DNA of 41,986 nucleotides from Cirrosporium novae-zelandiae (Eukaryota): NCBI GenBank assembly GCA_026023565.1, contig JAPETS010000019.1, positions 558,001 to 599,986 of the forward strand, read 5' to 3'. Shown piece by piece: positions 39,460 to 41,986 of this stretch (position 1 is its first letter; each line of letters starts with the position of its first letter). The notes under the pieces were generated by a model. It saw only the letters and a program-made list of their open reading frames with translations, ran no database searches and was not told where the DNA came from. The position numbers and the translations under genes were made by a program.

Positions 39460-40257
39460 CCTGAATAGTGTGTAGGAAGAGATTTGCTTGAGGGTTTTTT
39501 GCTGAATTTGGATGTAAAGGATACACCGATTGTTTGTGAAGCTATTCAGTATCTCACAAGTGAGAGCTAACCTTTAAATTAAATTACCGAGATTGTTCGT
39601 ATCCCTGGAACAGAAGCTGGCGTTAAATAATCAAAGGGCTGGAATCTGTCTCTTTCCTGGTATACCTTGCTAGCTTTATCACTCAACCCAAGTATGTCAT
39701 TCATGTGGAGCTGCGGACTATTACAACTCGGCACTTGCCATTCAGTGGCGCAGAGAAACGGAACAGCTATCCATTATCGACCATGTTTAAAGATATCGTC
39801 CAAGATATGTCGGACATATTCTGATGGCTATGTCCTGTTTTCAGTCCATCTTGATGGTGAATGATAAAGGGAACGGATCTTGCTACAGGAGTTAAGAAAG
39901 TCCGAAAGATATCGGATAATTATTTTCGGCTCACTAATCCTCGGCCCGAGAGAAGGAATCTCCGTCCCAGCCTGGCTTTCATGGATGTCATGGATAGAGG
40001 TTTAGAAAATGTGAAGATAGATGGTTAAAGCATGATGAAATGGGATGGGGGTGGATAGAGTATGCTAACATTCACAGAGATATTCACCAAGAATGCGTAA
40101 AGCTCCAGATCTTTCAAGAAACACCAAAAGAGGCTGGAGATTTCGCTTACCCAGCTAGAACTACCCTCGTCCTCCTATTAATATACACTAGGGGCTGGAG
40201 TCTTTCAAACCCTAAGAATTTATTATCTTCTCCGCCATAGAAGCGACCAGGACAACA

Positions 40258-41862
40258 ATGGCTATTACTGACCTCCTCATTTACGTCGGCCACAACTGGG
40301 CTATCTTCACAGCCTTACTCTTCACAGCTCACATCCTGCACACCCGATATCAAAAAGGCCTGCACAAAATTCCTGGTCCACGGTTAAGATCAATCTCGCC
40401 TCTTCCGCGCATATGGTCTGTCTACAAAGGCAACTCCCACAACGACGACCTAGACTTACATAAAAAGTACGGCAAGGTAGTGCGTATAGCTCCCAACACT
40501 ATTTCGATATCAGATACTTCTGAGATCGATCACATCTACGGCATCACAACCAAGTTCTACAAGTCCCGGTTCTACGACCCCGTCCGCTTCTATGATGACG
40601 AGGGCCTCATTCCTGACCCCTTCGTCTTGACGAATAAAGAGATGCACTCCCGCATGAAGCGCAATGCTGCGAACGCGTATTCGTTAAATGCACTGGTGCC
40701 GCTGGAACCGCTTGTAGATACCGTCATCGAGAGATTGATTCAGGTTCTAGACGCCGATTATGCCGATAAAGAGCGGGCTTGTAACTTGGGGCAGTACATG
40801 CATTTTTATGCTATGGATACTATTTTTGCCATCACGTTTGGAAAGGACTTGCAGTTTATTGAGAACGGGGACAGGGAGTCGATGCTCGCGAATTTACAGT
40901 CTGGCCTGAGATATATGGCTGTGGTAAATCTGAAACTCACTGCTTTCCCCATCATCCTCTTAGCAATTAAAACAATCGCAGAAAACCCGAAATGCTAACA
41001 CTTCACTTCCCCCTAGGCTGGCCAAATCCCTTGGATCCACAAGTTCCTCCTGGGCAACAAACTAACATCCTATCTCGTCTCTGGTAGCAACAGCAGCGAA
41101 ACGTTTATAGATGAAATGCTCCAACTCGCCACCACCAAAACCGCTGCCGCAATACAAAACCTCAAACCTCTTCCCCCCAACACCCCTCACACATTCCTCC
41201 ATCACCTCCTCCTCAACCAAAAATCCCACCCCCAGACTCTCACCACTCGCGAAATAACCACCCACACTTTTGGAAATATCCTCGCGGGCTCTGACACTAC
41301 CTCCATCGCCCTAAGCTCTATCCTCACAAACCTACTTCAAAACCCACACACCTACAAAAGACTCTGTATGGAGCTCCGAAATCCAGAGACGGAGAAAGAA
41401 TTGGGATTCCCAGTGGCATTTGGTCCGGCTTCGAAGTTGATTTATCTCAATGCTGTTATTAAGGAGGCCTTACGTATTCATCCATCTGTAGGCCTTATCC
41501 TTCCGCGGACGGTGCCCACGTCGGGAGCTAGTATTTGTGATAGATACCATGTGCCCGCTGGCACGGAAGTCGGAATAAATCCCTGGATTGTCCATCGAGA
41601 TCCAGAAATCTTTCCGGATCCCGACACTTTTAAGCCGGAGCGTTGGATCAGCAACACCAACAGTAACAACAGTAGCTCCCCATCATCTTTGGAGGTGGAG
41701 GGGAACGGGCGGGAGAAGAGAGGAGGAAAGGAAGGGAAACAGGGCCTAGAATCCATGAATCGAGCCGTTTTCGCCTTCGGGGCCGGTGCACACACATGTT
41801 CTGGAAAGCATGTCAGCTTTTTGGAAATGGTCAAGTTGGTACCGAGTCTTCTGCAGAAGTTT
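40258..41862 (+). CDS. Cytochrome P450, 3'-truncated by the telomere (no stop codon); 2 exons
   Basis: Exon 40258-40923, intron 40924-41016, exon from 41017; N-terminal anchor and IPGP, AGSDTT (I helix), EALR (ExxR), PERW, FGAGAHTCSG (haem Cys at 41797-41799), then LEMVKLVPSLLQKF runs directly into TTA GGG codons. Confidence 0.9.
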
Positions 41863-41986
41863 TTAGGGTTAGGGTTAGGGTTAGGGTTAGGGTTAGGGTT
41901 AGGGTTAGGGTTAGGGTTAGGGTTAGGGTTAGGGTTAGGGTTAGGGTTAGGGTTAGGGTTAGGGTTAGGGTTAGGGTTAGGGTTAG
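41863..41986 (+). repeat. Telomere repeat (TTAGGG)20 + TTAG, right chromosome end
   Basis: Perfect TTAGGG array to the end of the window, G-rich strand oriented 5'->3' towards the terminus. Confidence 0.98.

Noticed and set aside
41478..41834. 118-aa minus-strand ORF next to the telomere
   Set aside because: Antisense shadow of P450 exon 2

Overview
Eukaryotic, filamentous-ascomycete-type DNA (short GT-AG introns, RIP-like TA-rich tracts) forming the last ~42 kb of a chromosome arm and ending in (TTAGGG)20. From left to right: (1) a microsatellite-rich AT-rich tract; (2) a carbon-catabolism cluster with a lactose/cellodextrin-permease-family transporter, two SOU1/LXR3-like SDRs and a Gal4-family Zn2Cys6 factor, whose CGG-N11-CCG operator recurs almost identically upstream of a zinc ADH ~11 kb beyond the factor; (3) five unrelated accessory genes in that gap (DUF6601-like protein, MFS, quinate-permease-like transporter, APP1-type phosphatase, LaeA-like methyltransferase); (4) a candidate innate-immunity island, with an IQ-motif/HET-domain gene head-to-head with a complete ZNFX1-type helicase/RZ-finger gene, then RIP-degraded relics including a kinase fragment, then a PD-(D/E)xK nuclease-like gene; (5) a secondary-metabolite cluster stump (DHA1 MFS, PhyH-family dioxygenase, P450). 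The P450 is cut 21 codons after its haem cysteine and joined in frame, with no stop codon, to the telomere repeat. Gene models were spliced by eye and family calls come from motif recognition, not database searches.
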